A stretch of 64,000 nucleotides of DNA. It comes from the human T2T-CHM13v2.0 reference genome, Homo sapiens. A program made the translations under genes and the position numbers. Every line of letters begins with the position of its first letter. Position 1 is the stretch's first letter. The stretch lies in NCBI RefSeq assembly GCF_009914755.1, contig NC_060947.1; one strand, given 5' to 3'. Shown here piece after piece: positions 26,781 to 39,482 of the stretch. The notes below the pieces were generated by a model. That model was not told where the DNA came from, did no database searches, and saw only the letters and a program-made list of their open reading frames with translations.

Positions 26781-27311
26781 CAAGTGTATGTGTATCTGTG
26801 TGTATGTGTGTGTGCACATTTTAGTGTAATTGAGCCTTATGTATGCTGAATCTCCAGGAGCTCTACAATCATTCTTAACAAAGAACCCCATAGACCCTCA
26901 TGTGCTCCTTGAGTAAGCAGACTTTAGAAGCCTACCTGAGCTCCAGAACCCAGCCCAGTGAATAGCCTGGGTTGGGCATTTAACCCATAAACTTCTACCT
27001 CACTCTCAACAGCCTGTAACCAGCAAATGTAACTTACCTCTATAACAGCATTTATTACACTTTGTAGTAGACATCTCTCACTGATGTCCTTTATACTGTG
27101 AGTGCCAAAGGGACAGGGACTCAGGGCTGAATTCCCAGAGCCTGGCTCAGGGCAAAAGGGTCTGTTGAAAACATCTGTGAATATGTAAACTGACCTGTAT
27201 GGAGATCAAGTTCGTAACTTTGAATTTGGTAAGTTCACAAGTTATCAGTTACATAATTTGACAACTTGGAGAAGCCATCGGCTGAGATAATCTTAAAATT
27301 CCACTGGCCCA

Positions 27312-27526
27312 GCTCACTGCAGCCTTGGACACATATATTGGCAATGGCTGTTTATAATATGCAGTGAGCAGCCGGTTATCATGGCCTTACCATCATTAAT
27401 TCACCCTCCAAATTTAGAGTGACACCATTATGGTAAGCATTAATAATTTTAAGCATAATAGTTGTGATAACAGCAGGTAGTTTTGAAAACTATTACCCAT
27501 GTTTCAATAACACATCCTGAATGTTA
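27312..27526 (-). mobile_element. MER131-like ancient repeat
   Basis: The reverse complement taacattcaggatgtgtt...ggtaatagttttcaaaactacc...atggtgtcactctaaatttggagggtgaattaa...gcatattataaacagccattgccaat...ccaaggctgcagtgagc follows my recollection of the MER131 consensus end to end. Confidence 0.7.
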
Positions 27527-27884
27527 AGCTTAAAGCAGTCTCCTGAGTAGAAGAGGAAATGGAAATATTCCGATAATAACAGTTTATAGTAATAATAGTT
27601 TAGAGCTCTAGCTTGAACTGGCTTGTGTATGTCCTTTATTTTTTGCATCTCTAGGTAACATCGCTACGGAATTTCATTTTTCAAAAGTACTGGAATGAGC
27701 TGATCTCATTTGATAATGCTGCAGTTATAGAATGGCTACAGTTCAAGCAGCTTCTAAAAATTATAGGGCCCCAGAAATGTCAGGGCCCCAAAGTTCAAAA
27801 GTAAAATATATAACAATCTCTTATCTGTTAAAAGGGTCTGCTCTGTATAAATGGATCATTTAGGATGGACAATTTAGAAAAAAT

Positions 27885-28110
27885 ACTGAGGTGTAGTAGA
27901 TAAAAACAACACATTTGAGTCCACCAAACCTGGGTTTTAAACCCTGGCTTGGCCACTTCCCTTTGGCAAATTACTTTACATTCCTTCTCCTAAGCTTTTT
28001 GTGAGGTGGAGAGAGTAATGCCCATCTCATTTTGTTCAGATGATTATGTGACATAATATGTATAAAACACCTGACACACAGGAAATACTTAATACATAGT
28101 ACTATTATCC
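27885..28110 (+). mobile_element. MIR SINE
   Basis: ggtgtagtagataaaaac...cctgggttttaaaccctggc...acctgacacacaggaaatacttaatac. Confidence 0.7.
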
Positions 28111-28239
28111 TCATTTTGAATTGGTATATAGCATAAGTCCAGGGTTGTGAATTCGATCTCCATATAGGCCAGTTCACATATTCATGGATGTTTTCAACAA
28201 ATTCCTTTGCCTTGACCCAGGCCCTGGGAAGCCAGTCCT

Positions 28240-28545
28240 AAGAGTCTCTGCCTGTTTGGAGCTCACAGTGTAGAGGGCATCAGTGAGAGACATCTCCTAC
28301 AAGGTGTGATAAATGCTACGATAGAGGTAGACACAGTAGAAGAGAAGGCTTCAGTTACCATATTGTATGTGGAAGAGAAGGTGTCACAGTAGAAGAGAAG
28401 TCTACACAATAGAAGAGAGGGCTCAGAGAAGGCTTCTGGAAGGAGGTGGGATCTGAGTTTAAACTTGAAAGAAGAGTAGCTAATACCAGGATGGAGAAAA
28501 GGGAAAGAGACTTTTGCCAGGGGAGACAGCATAGCAAAGACTAGT
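28240..28545 (-). mobile_element. L2 fragment
   Basis: ggagctcacagtgtagaggg...gtgtgataaatgctacgatagagg...tcagagaaggcttctggaaggaggtg. Confidence 0.75.
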
Positions 28546-28750
28546 TGATATTTCTGTTGTAACAAACTAAACTCGCAATCCCACTCAGTCCCTTAGACAG
28601 AATCCTTTAGGCTTTAAGCCCTCAGTCAGAGAGAACATAGTTGGGTAATGGAAAACTTTCCTGGAAGAGTAGCTCAAACTGTTCACCATGCTGATGAATA
28701 GGGAGCTTGTAGCATTATCCATCTGTGATTAGGATAGCAAATCATTTACA

Positions 28751-29167
28751 TAGGGTTCTCAAAGACCTTCAAGATACCAATAAACTGTCGGTATTTAATG
28801 AAAAAAAAGACAATGCTACTTCGGCTGAAATTGGTAAATCGAAGATATTAAAGACTGGTTCTAAAGGATTTTAAGATGCATGAAGATTTGGGCTGTCTGG
28901 GAAAACTACTATGTGAGTCTGAATCAGAAGGAAGCTTTTTGTCATCTGCTGTCTAGATTAGAGGGCTTTTTGAATCTGTGTGCAACAGTTACAGGTGTGC
29001 TGAAATATTGACCACTAGCACTCAGGGGTCGGGGGGCAGTGGGGGTGGCACTAGGGTAGCCAGAGTCTTGGACTATTCAACTCTGACAATAAGAAGTCTT
29101 TTCCTTTTACTACAGTGTGAAAATAATCTTATTTTGTATGTACCATGAAAAGAATTGAGAAACATTG
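28751..29167. mobile_element. Possible hAT-Charlie-type non-autonomous DNA transposon
   Basis: Charlie-like termini tagggttctcaa ... ttgagaaacattg; family not identified. Confidence 0.4.
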
Positions 29168-30369
29168 CTATGGAGTTCCTTCTCTAAAGGTGAAAATGCT
29201 AGCCTACATTATATTAGGGCTGGAGAACTAAGGGTATCATCATCATCATCACTGTGTCATTATCATCATCAACACCATCAAAAACATCATCACCACTAGT
29301 AGTATTTCTATTATTAAGGCAAATCTTTTATTCTGAAAGACTCACTTGGGTCCTCCCAAATATCTTGCCTTGCTCTGGTGTCAAGTGATGTACAGGATAA
29401 ATGGGATTATAATTTATAACATAGAGAAGACACACAATCTGAATCAGCAGCCATTGTGTCTGTGACTAATTCTTGACACTACCACTCAAAAAACTGAACA
29501 TGGACTGAGAGTGGGTAATTATCAGTCACCATATGAAAAAGTCATAAATATGGCTGTGTATATACACTGAGGCATCAAGAAGTAGTCTCTCTTTACAGAA
29601 GGGAAAATAAATAATCCATCTGAAAAGAGAATTGTGGAAACAGAGGCAAACAATCTTGAAACCTCATTTTCACTGTCCCTTCTTCTTACTTAAAAAAAGA
29701 CAAAAACGACCCAACCAACCTTTCTATGTATGACAGTTTGGACTTTTGTTTTTCCCCAAAACTCGTTTCAAGGGCCATTAAGGGAATGTTTCAGTCTGGC
29801 CAGGTTACTCTAGATTTTTATCTCTACTGTCAATTCAGGGTAGACTTTCAGCAGAAGCCTCATAATGGGCTGTCAGCAAGTCACTCTTATGCATAGCCTT
29901 TTCCTTAAAATCTTTTCCACTCCAGTAACATGGCCTATTTAAAATAGTTTCAAAACACATTGAAAATGTAGGCGTAGCAGTGAAAATAAAGAGTGCTGGG
30001 AACTACACTGAACTGGAGCTTCAACAGTTGTGAATATTCCTCAAATGTTTCCACTGTGAATGTGCTTCAGTCATGTTAAGATTTTTGACAAGTTTCTGTT
30101 TGGCTCTGGTCTTGACTACTGTGTTCATGACCTGATTAGCTTGTGCCCACAAGAGTTTGACAAGAGTGGCAAATCCATCAAGACAGCTCTTTGTAAAGGG
30201 AATTTATGGTGATTAACCCTAAGCACCCACAAGCTATTACCCAGGGCACCATAACTACTTTGGAGGCAAGGAAAACAGAATAGTGAAATCAAACATTTTC
30301 AACACGTAAGTGTGTCCACCCTCCAAACACATCTCCCTTTGAATATAACTTTATTGCTGTCTGTTGGAA

Positions 30370-30550
30370 TTTGGAGCTGAATTCAAATCTTTGCCATCTT
30401 ATAGTTGCACGACCCCAACTAAGATATTTAATTTCTCTGAGTCTGATGTTCTTATCTATAAAAAGAGACTTTTGATTACTATCTCCCAGGATTATTGTGA
30501 GTTTACATGTGAAAACAGCACAGTAGGCAATCAATACATGTTAATTTGCT
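30370..30550 (+). mobile_element. MIR SINE
   Basis: ttcaaatctttgccatcttatagttgc...tttctctgagtctg...tctcccaggattattgtgag. Confidence 0.7.
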
Positions 30551-33439
30551 TCCTTTCCTTGCCTAAAATGTTTGAATTAGGACTTGCTACGATTGTTAGC
30601 ATGAGACATACCATTCAGAGAAGGCAGTTTTCTGCCCTATGCAATGTGCAGAAACGATATCTCAAACCTTAAAAGCTCCCTCTTCTGAGTAGCTGATGTT
30701 GGTTTTCCCAGTGGGATGCAATCTGCCACCACATCTGTCATTCATAGGAAGTTACTTCTAAGACTTAATATTCTTTCTGGCTATTCTTGGGCATTGATCT
30801 CTGAAGACGAGATATCTGAACAGAATTCTTTTAACCCTATCTTTGCACATGTAGCACTTAGCCCTCTTAAAGGCCTTCCCTCTGCTGCTACTACTGACTG
30901 ACCCTGAGGCACATAAATGCTGACAAATGCCCTTGTTCTTGAAATAATAGACTTTCAAATCATATATCCTGGAGAGACGGAGTGCTCAGAAAGGAAGTAG
31001 GGCATGACAAAAAATCAAATTGAGCTTCTATTTTTCTCACTGATAGGATTCTTAGTTGTAAAGTTGAGATGCCACTAAACCCTGAGACTGGACTGAGCCT
31101 CTGTTCAGTCTCCCACCCCTTCTTTTGCTCATCTCATCAAAATACTTGCTGTATTGTAATTCATCTCTGAAATACTTTAGGTCAGGAACTGTATCTCAAA
31201 CTTTGTCATAAACCCAGCAACTAATATAAAGCCTAGCACATTATAGGTGCTCAGCTAATATTTGTCAAGTAAGAGAATAAATGAATGGAAAAAATGAATG
31301 TTGGTAAAACCATTTTAAAATGTTTTCAGCAAGACCTTCAAGAGCTTCATAACCTCCTCCTCCACTTCCCACTATTTTGCCTAATGTACAGAATCAAATA
31401 TGAGAAAATAACCCTTTCCCCTTTTTCCTGAGGAAAACTAATTATTACAAGAGTCCTAATATGCTAACTGTGCTTTTTGACCACCAACTAAATGTATACT
31501 CCATTATTTAATCCCAGAAAATAAAAAAGAAAATAAATAACTGAAACCCACACACTTGGCACTTAAGCCTCTCTACTGTAAGCCATCTTTTTGGCCTCTC
31601 ATCTCACTGTTCCCAGCCTAAACATATATTGCAAATGTGCCATTCTTCTCTTAAGTCTCATTTGCAATGCCAGCCCCACTGAGAATGAGTATCCCCAGAT
31701 ACTGTGCCTACATATCTGAGGCTGGCACTAGTTGAATGGAATTACCTTGGGTCTAACTGTAGAGGTCCAATAGGAAGTCTTTCCTTACAGGACTACTAGG
31801 GACTTTGAATGAAATAGTGTATACAAGGCACTCGGCACAGTGTTTGACACATAGTAAGTGCTTGATACATTTGAAATAGCTACCTAATTTCCTGATTCTC
31901 TGAGTGAGAAGGCATCAAGTCCTCTTACTCTTTCAATTTACTCTTTAGTACACTTTATCAAAAATCAAAAAAAAAGAAAAGAAAAAAACCAAGCAGGGTC
32001 ACCTACTACATTTCTTTCTACATGATTCTTTGCTTTTGCTCCAATCAATAAAAGGTTACTAAACAATCCACAACTGTATAAAATTCCAATTCATTCACTT
32101 TTATCCAATCCCTCCCCAATGTCCTTTTTAAAGCCAATGTTTTATTTTCCTTCGAAGAGGTTATTGCCCTTCCCACTAGAGACTTTGCGGTTTTTAATAA
32201 CCTATTATATAGCTATACCTTTCTTAAAGGAACCAGAATTCTATTTTTATTAAGAATGTTTAAAATTACATTGAAACAAAATAATTTCTCTTAACAAAGC
32301 TACACACAGTAATCATTTCATTGTATACCATGTGATGATTTCTGCTACCCATACCCACACCACCTGAATTCACAAGGAAGCTGTCCCTGTCAACACCAAT
32401 TTACTTGTACTTTCTTTTCTCTTGAACTCTGTCATTGGTTGCTACACAAATCCTTCAACTTAGCCTTTCCAATCTCATAATTTCTTGTAGATGTCCGGAA
32501 TTTTCTCAAGGTAGATGCTCATTTTTCTCATGCTACTTTTGAATTTCCCCTAATATGTTGCCTTAAGTTAGATAGTTTTTGGCAAAGAATAGGGATTTAT
32601 TATATCCTGTTGAATGAACGCATGATCATTAGGTAAGAAATCATTCTTGGAATGAGTGGGGCTCAGGTAAAGATGGCTGCATTCTCTGTGCAGTCTATCC
32701 CCCACTGTACCTACTTCTCTAGTATCTGGTAGCTTCTCCTGAAAGAAACACCCTAAATGTTCTTCTACCAGGCCTAAGCAAAGCTGGGAAGAGATAGCTC
32801 TCTCAGGTGATTTTCTTTCCAATATGGTAATTTAACAAAAGTCCAAGGAAACATATGCTCCATTCCTCCAGGTTTTCTTGTTGTTATCCCACCTGCAAGA
32901 GACAGAATTTCATCAGCTAAATACTCTTCAATATATCCAGCACCTGGCAAGATGAAAACAGGGAAATTTGCTGCCTTAATGGGGAAAAAAGCATTTTAAT
33001 TTAGCCTGGAAAAACAACTTAGTAGCCAATAAATACATTTGGACCACAAGGGAAAATAAGTACATCTATCCAATTTTAAATGGAGGGAGGCAAGAACTGA
33101 AATTTAGAGAATAGAAAGTACCATCCAGAATAAGGCCAGTTCTGGGTACCATTTCATGTTCAAATTAAGAGAGAGGAGACTACTTAGTAAAGGCTTTTTT
33201 TCGCCCTGCTGTGTGAGGCTTCTATATCCTATCACAGATGGGATGGGGTATGCATTTATAAAGATGGAGGAATGCATTCTACAATTGAATGCCTCCTATC
33301 TGACACTTTTCTAAAAGTTTCTGGGGAATTCCAATGATGTTGGAGTTATCAAAAGGTAAAACTGCTGTAATAAGGCTGAGAGGCTCAAAGGAGTTCTGGA
33401 AACTGCTTAGTGAAGAAGAGGTAGAAAGAAAAAACCAAC

Positions 33440-33715
33440 ACACATTATCTTATTTAATATATACAATAACTCTAGGAAACATTTACTATTATTACTCCCA
33501 TTTTAGAGATGAGAAAGCAGAAGTTAAGAACCTCAAGGATGGCTAGAATTATATAAAACTTTTATTAATATTTAACTTTCTCCACTCATTTTATAAACAC
33601 AGAAAGCACACTTTGGAGAGGAGAGACGTTTTCTCAAAATCACATGGCTACAAAGTAGCAATATGAGGACCTGAATCCTTCTGTCTCTAAATCCCGTACT
33701 TTATCCACTATGTCA
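33440..33715 (-). mobile_element. MIR SINE fragments
   Basis: attattactcccattttagagatgagaaagcagaag; ctcaaaatcacatggctacaaagtagca. Confidence 0.65.
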
Positions 33716-33834
33716 GGCTCCTTGCCTGTCCAGCCCAAATTCAATCCCACCATTTTAAACATATCTCTTTACTTCTTATCCTCATTTTATCTGTAGAATG
33801 TGATTTAATATCTCTAGCTTATATTCATCTGCTA

Positions 33835-34146
<312 letters not shown>

Positions 34147-35829
34147 AGTATTTCTTAAGTGTCAGAAACTATGGTAGGCATAAGGCCCTAGAGTGGAGAG
34201 TAAAATATGCAAGAAAATTCTATTTCTGTTGGCATTTAAAGTCTAGTGGGCAACATAAACATCAAAGAAATAATCAACAAATAGTTAATTGCCAACTATG
34301 AATGTAATTAAGGAGTATTACAGATTATATGAGTGTATAATAAGAATAATTTGGCCTGGAACGCATATGTTCAGTAAAGGTCTTTCAGGGAAAATGAATT
34401 TTAAACAGAGATCAGAAAGGTAAGTAGGAATTGGTCAAGCAGAATTCAGTTTTACCATTTTGAGGCCTATATTTGAAGGTTTTATTCATTCAATAAAATT
34501 TAGTGTCTATCCACTTAAATATTATTTTTATATTGCAGAAGTAATTTCATCTTCAACCATTTACTATAGAATCATAAGCAGTCAGATGTCTTAGGAAAAT
34601 GTTCTGACAGTAACTCAGTCTCAAAAAGCACAGTTTTCTCAAACATTGATTAGTTAGCTTTACCTAAAGAACTGTTGCTAAAAAGTTTACAAACTGTCTT
34701 TAAAGTAAGTGCAGAACTTGAACAAAGGCACTAAAATACCTCTTCTCAAATCCCTATTGAAATGATCAAACAAGTCTGCTTACTGGAATTGTTAAGAATT
34801 TCAGTTCCTTTCCCATATATTTCTGCCAATTGTATCACAATACTAATTTAAATTTATATCAATTAGTCATTCAGTTTAAAATAGGATATGATCATTATAA
34901 CAGCACACAGATAAAGAATACAAGAGAATCTACTCATGTTTTGGAGGCTTCAAACTGAGATACAACCTCCTTATTCAAAAATGAGTTAATATAACTTGAA
35001 ATCAATACAAAGCAAATGAAATTTTGCTGAAGCGTAAAACAAAAGGAAAAAAGGTGAAGGAAGTGGTAGATGATGAGCATACTTTTGAAAAAGATTTACT
35101 ATAGGAAACAAATTAATTTAAAATAGTATCTGCTTTGTACAGAACAGAATTTGAGGAAATTTAAACTCTGAAATAAGCAGACGAATTAAAAGATAAAATT
35201 ATTTAAGAAAGAAATTGGCTGAGCCACAGAACGTAATGTAGCAAAAAATGTTATAACAGATTTTTAAATAATATTATAAGATTTTCCTTTGGCATTTAAT
35301 AATGAATCTGCTCTAAACATCATTTTGTTACTTCCACAGATCTGTACAAAGAAAAGAAAAGAACTAAAACTAAATAAAGATACTTGTCTGATTAGCAAGA
35401 AAATATACAAATGTATATATCAATTGGGAAAATGGCGACAATATCTTTGAGATTGTCAGTGGGTTAAATATTACAAGGTTGACAAGCAATTTCAATTTCC
35501 TGTGACAAACATAGTGAAACAACCATTGCCATTAACATTGTTTCAGGGTTAAGGGTTACATTTCAGAGGGGAAAATACCAATCTTTTAAAGGCAGGATGT
35601 CGCAAGAGAATTTTGTGCAAGCAAACTAGTAAAGAATTCAATTTTATGATGACAAGATACAGATAAAGTATTGATTTAACTTTAGCAAGCCCTTTATCCC
35701 ACCTAGCTGATGCTGTTTTTGTTCTTTGTACCTTATTTGTAAATATCATCCACCTAGACCTTATCTTTACAGCAAAGAATAACATATGATACCAGTCTTT
35801 GCATTCTCAAAAATCCTTTTGCCATAACC

Positions 35830-37060
35830 TTATAGAAAAATAGGCAAGAGATATCACAAGACAGTTTACAGTAAAATAAATGCAAATATTTCTTAAACAT
35901 TTGAAATATAAAAAATGCAAGTTAAACTTACGTTTTGATACAATTTTTTACCTATCAAATTGGAAAAAATCCAAAAATTTAGTAAGATCACTCTGTTGGG
36001 CAGTGGAAAAGTAGGCCCTTTCATACATGTCCGGAGGGAATGCAGGATGATACACTTCCTATAGAGGAGAATTCGGTAAGATTTAACAACCTATTTATTT
36101 ACCCTTTTACCCAGCAATCCCTCCTTTGGGAGTCTATCCCAAAGATACATTGTCAAAAATATAAAATGGTGTATGCTGAAAGCTATTCAGTGCAGCACTA
36201 TTTATAATAATAAAACACTGGAAACACTCCAAATGTTTATCAATAAGGGACTATGTAAATAAACTGGAAAGTCCACACAATGGAGCACCTTGCAGCCCTA
36301 AGAAATGAAGTAGAGCTCTATATACTACTACGGAGTGATCTCAAGGATATATTGTTTTGTAAAAAAGTGGGGTGCAGAACAGTGTGTTAAATTATACTAG
36401 GTTTACATAAGAAAGTGAGAAAAGTTATGAATTATGGATATCTATATCTATATTTGCTTATATTTTTAAAAAGATTCAATGGAAGAATAAATGAAAAGCT
36501 ATTTTTAAAAAGCAATTACCTATAAGGAGAGAGAGAGAGAGAGAGAGTAGGACGGAAGGGATAGAGAGAGAAGCTAGACTTCTTCTAACATACCTTGCTT
36601 TTTGTTTTTGCATTGTAATGTAAATGTCTTGTGTAATTATAAAATAAAATTAAGTTAGAAAAGCAACTGTTAAAAATGAAACGAATAAGCTTAATTATAT
36701 ATCAGGTTATTGGCATAACCACAAAAATAATTATTTCAAGAGACTTTTACACACAGTAGGTTGGTTATACATCCCCAGTGGGATGCACCCTAAGGACAAA
36801 ACATTTTTAAAAAGTAACAGCAGAGGATACTTAAATTATATTTGTAAACACTTTGTTAGCAATAATATATTTATATTATTGTTCTGAAAGTACATATAGT
36901 AAAGAAGCAATCATATTTGCACCATAAAAACCTATGATTTTCAGCATCAGATTAAAATGACATAAAATTAAAGAAATTAAGTAAAACTCATAAATTTCAA
37001 TTGAAAATGTGAGTATAAAATCACAATCTATTTTTCTAGCTCTGTCCATTGAAAAGGTGG
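35830..37060 (+). mobile_element. L1MC4-like 3' fragment
   Basis: ORF2-end motifs (cccttttacccagcaatccctcctttgggagtctatccc) and L1MC 3' UTR (ccagtgggatgcaccctaaggacaaaa; ctagctctgtccattgaaaagg); contains (GA)n near 36526-36548. Confidence 0.75.
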
Positions 37061-37068
37061 GAAAAAAT

Positions 37069-37220
37069 AGTTGGGTATGGTGGTGTGTACCTATAGTTCC
37101 TGCTATTCAGGAGACTGAGGTGGAAGGATTGCCTGAGTCCAGAAGCTCAAGGCTGCAGTGATCTATAATTATGCCAGTGCACTCCAGCCTAGGTGACAGA
37201 GCGAGAACCCACATCAAAAA

Positions 37221-37252
<32 letters not shown>
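37069..37252 (+). mobile_element. Alu right monomer (FRAM/AluJ type)
   Basis: ggattgcctgagtccagaagctcaaggctgcagtga...cactccagcctaggtgacagagcgaga plus poly-A. Confidence 0.85.
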
Positions 37253-38381
37253 ATGGTGATTATGTTCTGAGTACTGGAGATACAACAACAGACAAGACAG
37301 GGTGGCCCTTGCGATATCCAGAGAAGTGCTCAGTGAGGAAAGCAGAAAAGTAAATATGCAGGTGTGGTTCACTAGGTGGAACCTAGTAGGGTGGATAAGT
37401 GCTGGAATATGCCCAGCTATAACACAAAGTATATTGAAATGAAAAACAAACAAAAAATCTCCAGATGTTCAGGTTCCCTGAGACACCAAAAAACTGAGTC
37501 TGCTTGCTTTTTCAACTGGGAGGCTCCTGGTATGGGGCAAGTTCTCAGCCCTGGTCACCAGCGTCCTAGAAATAGACTGGGTGCTGTTGGGGGAGGCTTG
37601 GTGGGAGTGAGACTGACCTTTAGGACTGTGGGCTGTGTGGGAGCAGGGTAGGCCTGTGACTGCTGGCTTTCCCCCACTTCCCTGGCAACCAGTATAACTT
37701 AGCAGAGGCAGCCATAATCCCCCTGGGAATGTAACTTCATTGCACTGGGAAGCATACCCCCAAACCCCAACAGCAGACACAGAAATCCCCGCCCAAGGAG
37801 AGGTTGAGCTCAGGCATGCCTATCCCTGCCCCCATTGGATGGTCTTTCTCTATCCTCCCTGGTAGCTGAAGACAAAGGTCATAATCTCTTGGGAGCTCTA
37901 AGGCACTGCTCACCACCTGAGAAACCTGAATACTTAACCAGATATCCCTAGGTCAAGTTTGCATCCTCCTTACAGGACCACAGCTGATGCACTCTTGAAA
38001 GTGCCACCTCCTGGCTGGAGGCCAACCAGCACAAAACTAGTGCGCTAAACAAAAATACAACCAACGACCCTCACAGAGTCCACTTCACCCCTCTGATACC
38101 TCCACCAGAGCAGGTGCTGGTATCCACAGCTGTAAGACCTCAAGATGGATCACATCACAGGACTCCTGGCAGATACTCCCCAGTACCAGCCCAGAGCCCG
38201 GTAGCTCTGCTGGGTTGCTAGACCTAGAAGAGCAAAAACAATCACAGCATTTTGGCTCTCAGGAAGCCGCATTCCTAGGGGAAGGGAAAGAACACCACAT
38301 GAAGGGAGCACACTGTGGGACAAAAGAATGTGAACAGCAGCCCCTGAATCCCAGATCTTCCCTCTGACATAGTTAACCAAA

Positions 38382-39382
38382 ATGAGAAGGAGCCAGAAAA
38401 ACAATTCTGGTAACATGACAAAACAATGTTCTTCAACACCCTCAAAAGATTATACCAGCTCACCAGCAGTGGGTCCAAACCAAGACAAAATCTCTGACTT
38501 GCCGGAAAAAGAATTCAGAAGGTCGATTGTTATGCTAATGAAGATCGCACCACAGAAAGGTGAAATCCAGGTTAAGAAATAAAAAACAAGACACAGGATA
38601 TGAAAGGAAAAATTTTCAGTGAAATAGAGAGCGTAAATAAAAAACAATCACAACTTCTGGAAATCAACAACATATTAGAGAAATGCAAAATGCACTGGAA
38701 AGTCTCAGCAATAGAATTGAACAAGCAGAAGAAAGAACTTCAGAGCTTGAAGACAAGGCTTTTGAATTAACCCAATTCATCCAAGACACAGAAAAAAAGA
38801 ATTTTAAAAAATGAACAAGGACTTCAAGAAGTTTGGGTCTATGTTAAATGTCCAAACCTAAGAATAATTGGTGTTCCCGAGGAAGAAGAGAAATCTAAAA
38901 GTTTGGGAAATATACGTGAAGGAATAATCCAGGAAAACTTCCCCAGCCTTTCTAGAGCTCTAGCTATCCAAATACAAGAAACTCAAAGAACACCTGGGAA
39001 ATTCATTGCAAAAAGATCATCACCTAGGCACATAGTCATCAGGTTACCTAAAGTAAAGACAAAGGAAGGAATCTTAAGAGCTGTGAGGCAAAAGCATCAG
39101 ATAACCTGTAAAGGAAACCCTATCAGATTAACAGCAGATTTATCAGCAGAAACCCTACAAGCTAGAAGAGTTTGGGGTACTATTTTTAGCCTCCTTAAAC
39201 AAAACAATTATTAGCCAAGAATTTTGTATCCAGTGAAACTAAGCTTCATAAATGAAGGAAAGATACAGTGTTTTCCAGACAAAGAAATGCTGAGAGAATT
39301 CACCACTACCAAGCTAGCACTAAAAGAACTGCTAAAAGGAGCTCTGAATCTTGAAACCAACCTTCCAAATACACCAAAATAG
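38382..39382 (+). pseudogene. Disrupted L1 ORF1p
   Basis: ORF pieces MRRSQKNNSGNMTKQ... and ...IQENFPSL...RSSPRHIVIRL...IRLTADLSAETLQARR; stops and frameshifts. Confidence 0.9.
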
Positions 39383-39482
39383 AACCTCCTTAAAGCATAA
39401 ATCTCACAGGACCTATACAAAAAACACAATGAAAAGAAAAAAAACAAGTTATTCAGGCAACAAATAGCACAATAAATATAGC

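Noticed and set aside
35590-35700. Possible CR1/L3 RT remnant (aactttagcaagcccttt, NFSKPF resembling DFSKAF)
   Set aside because: Match too short and degenerate to support
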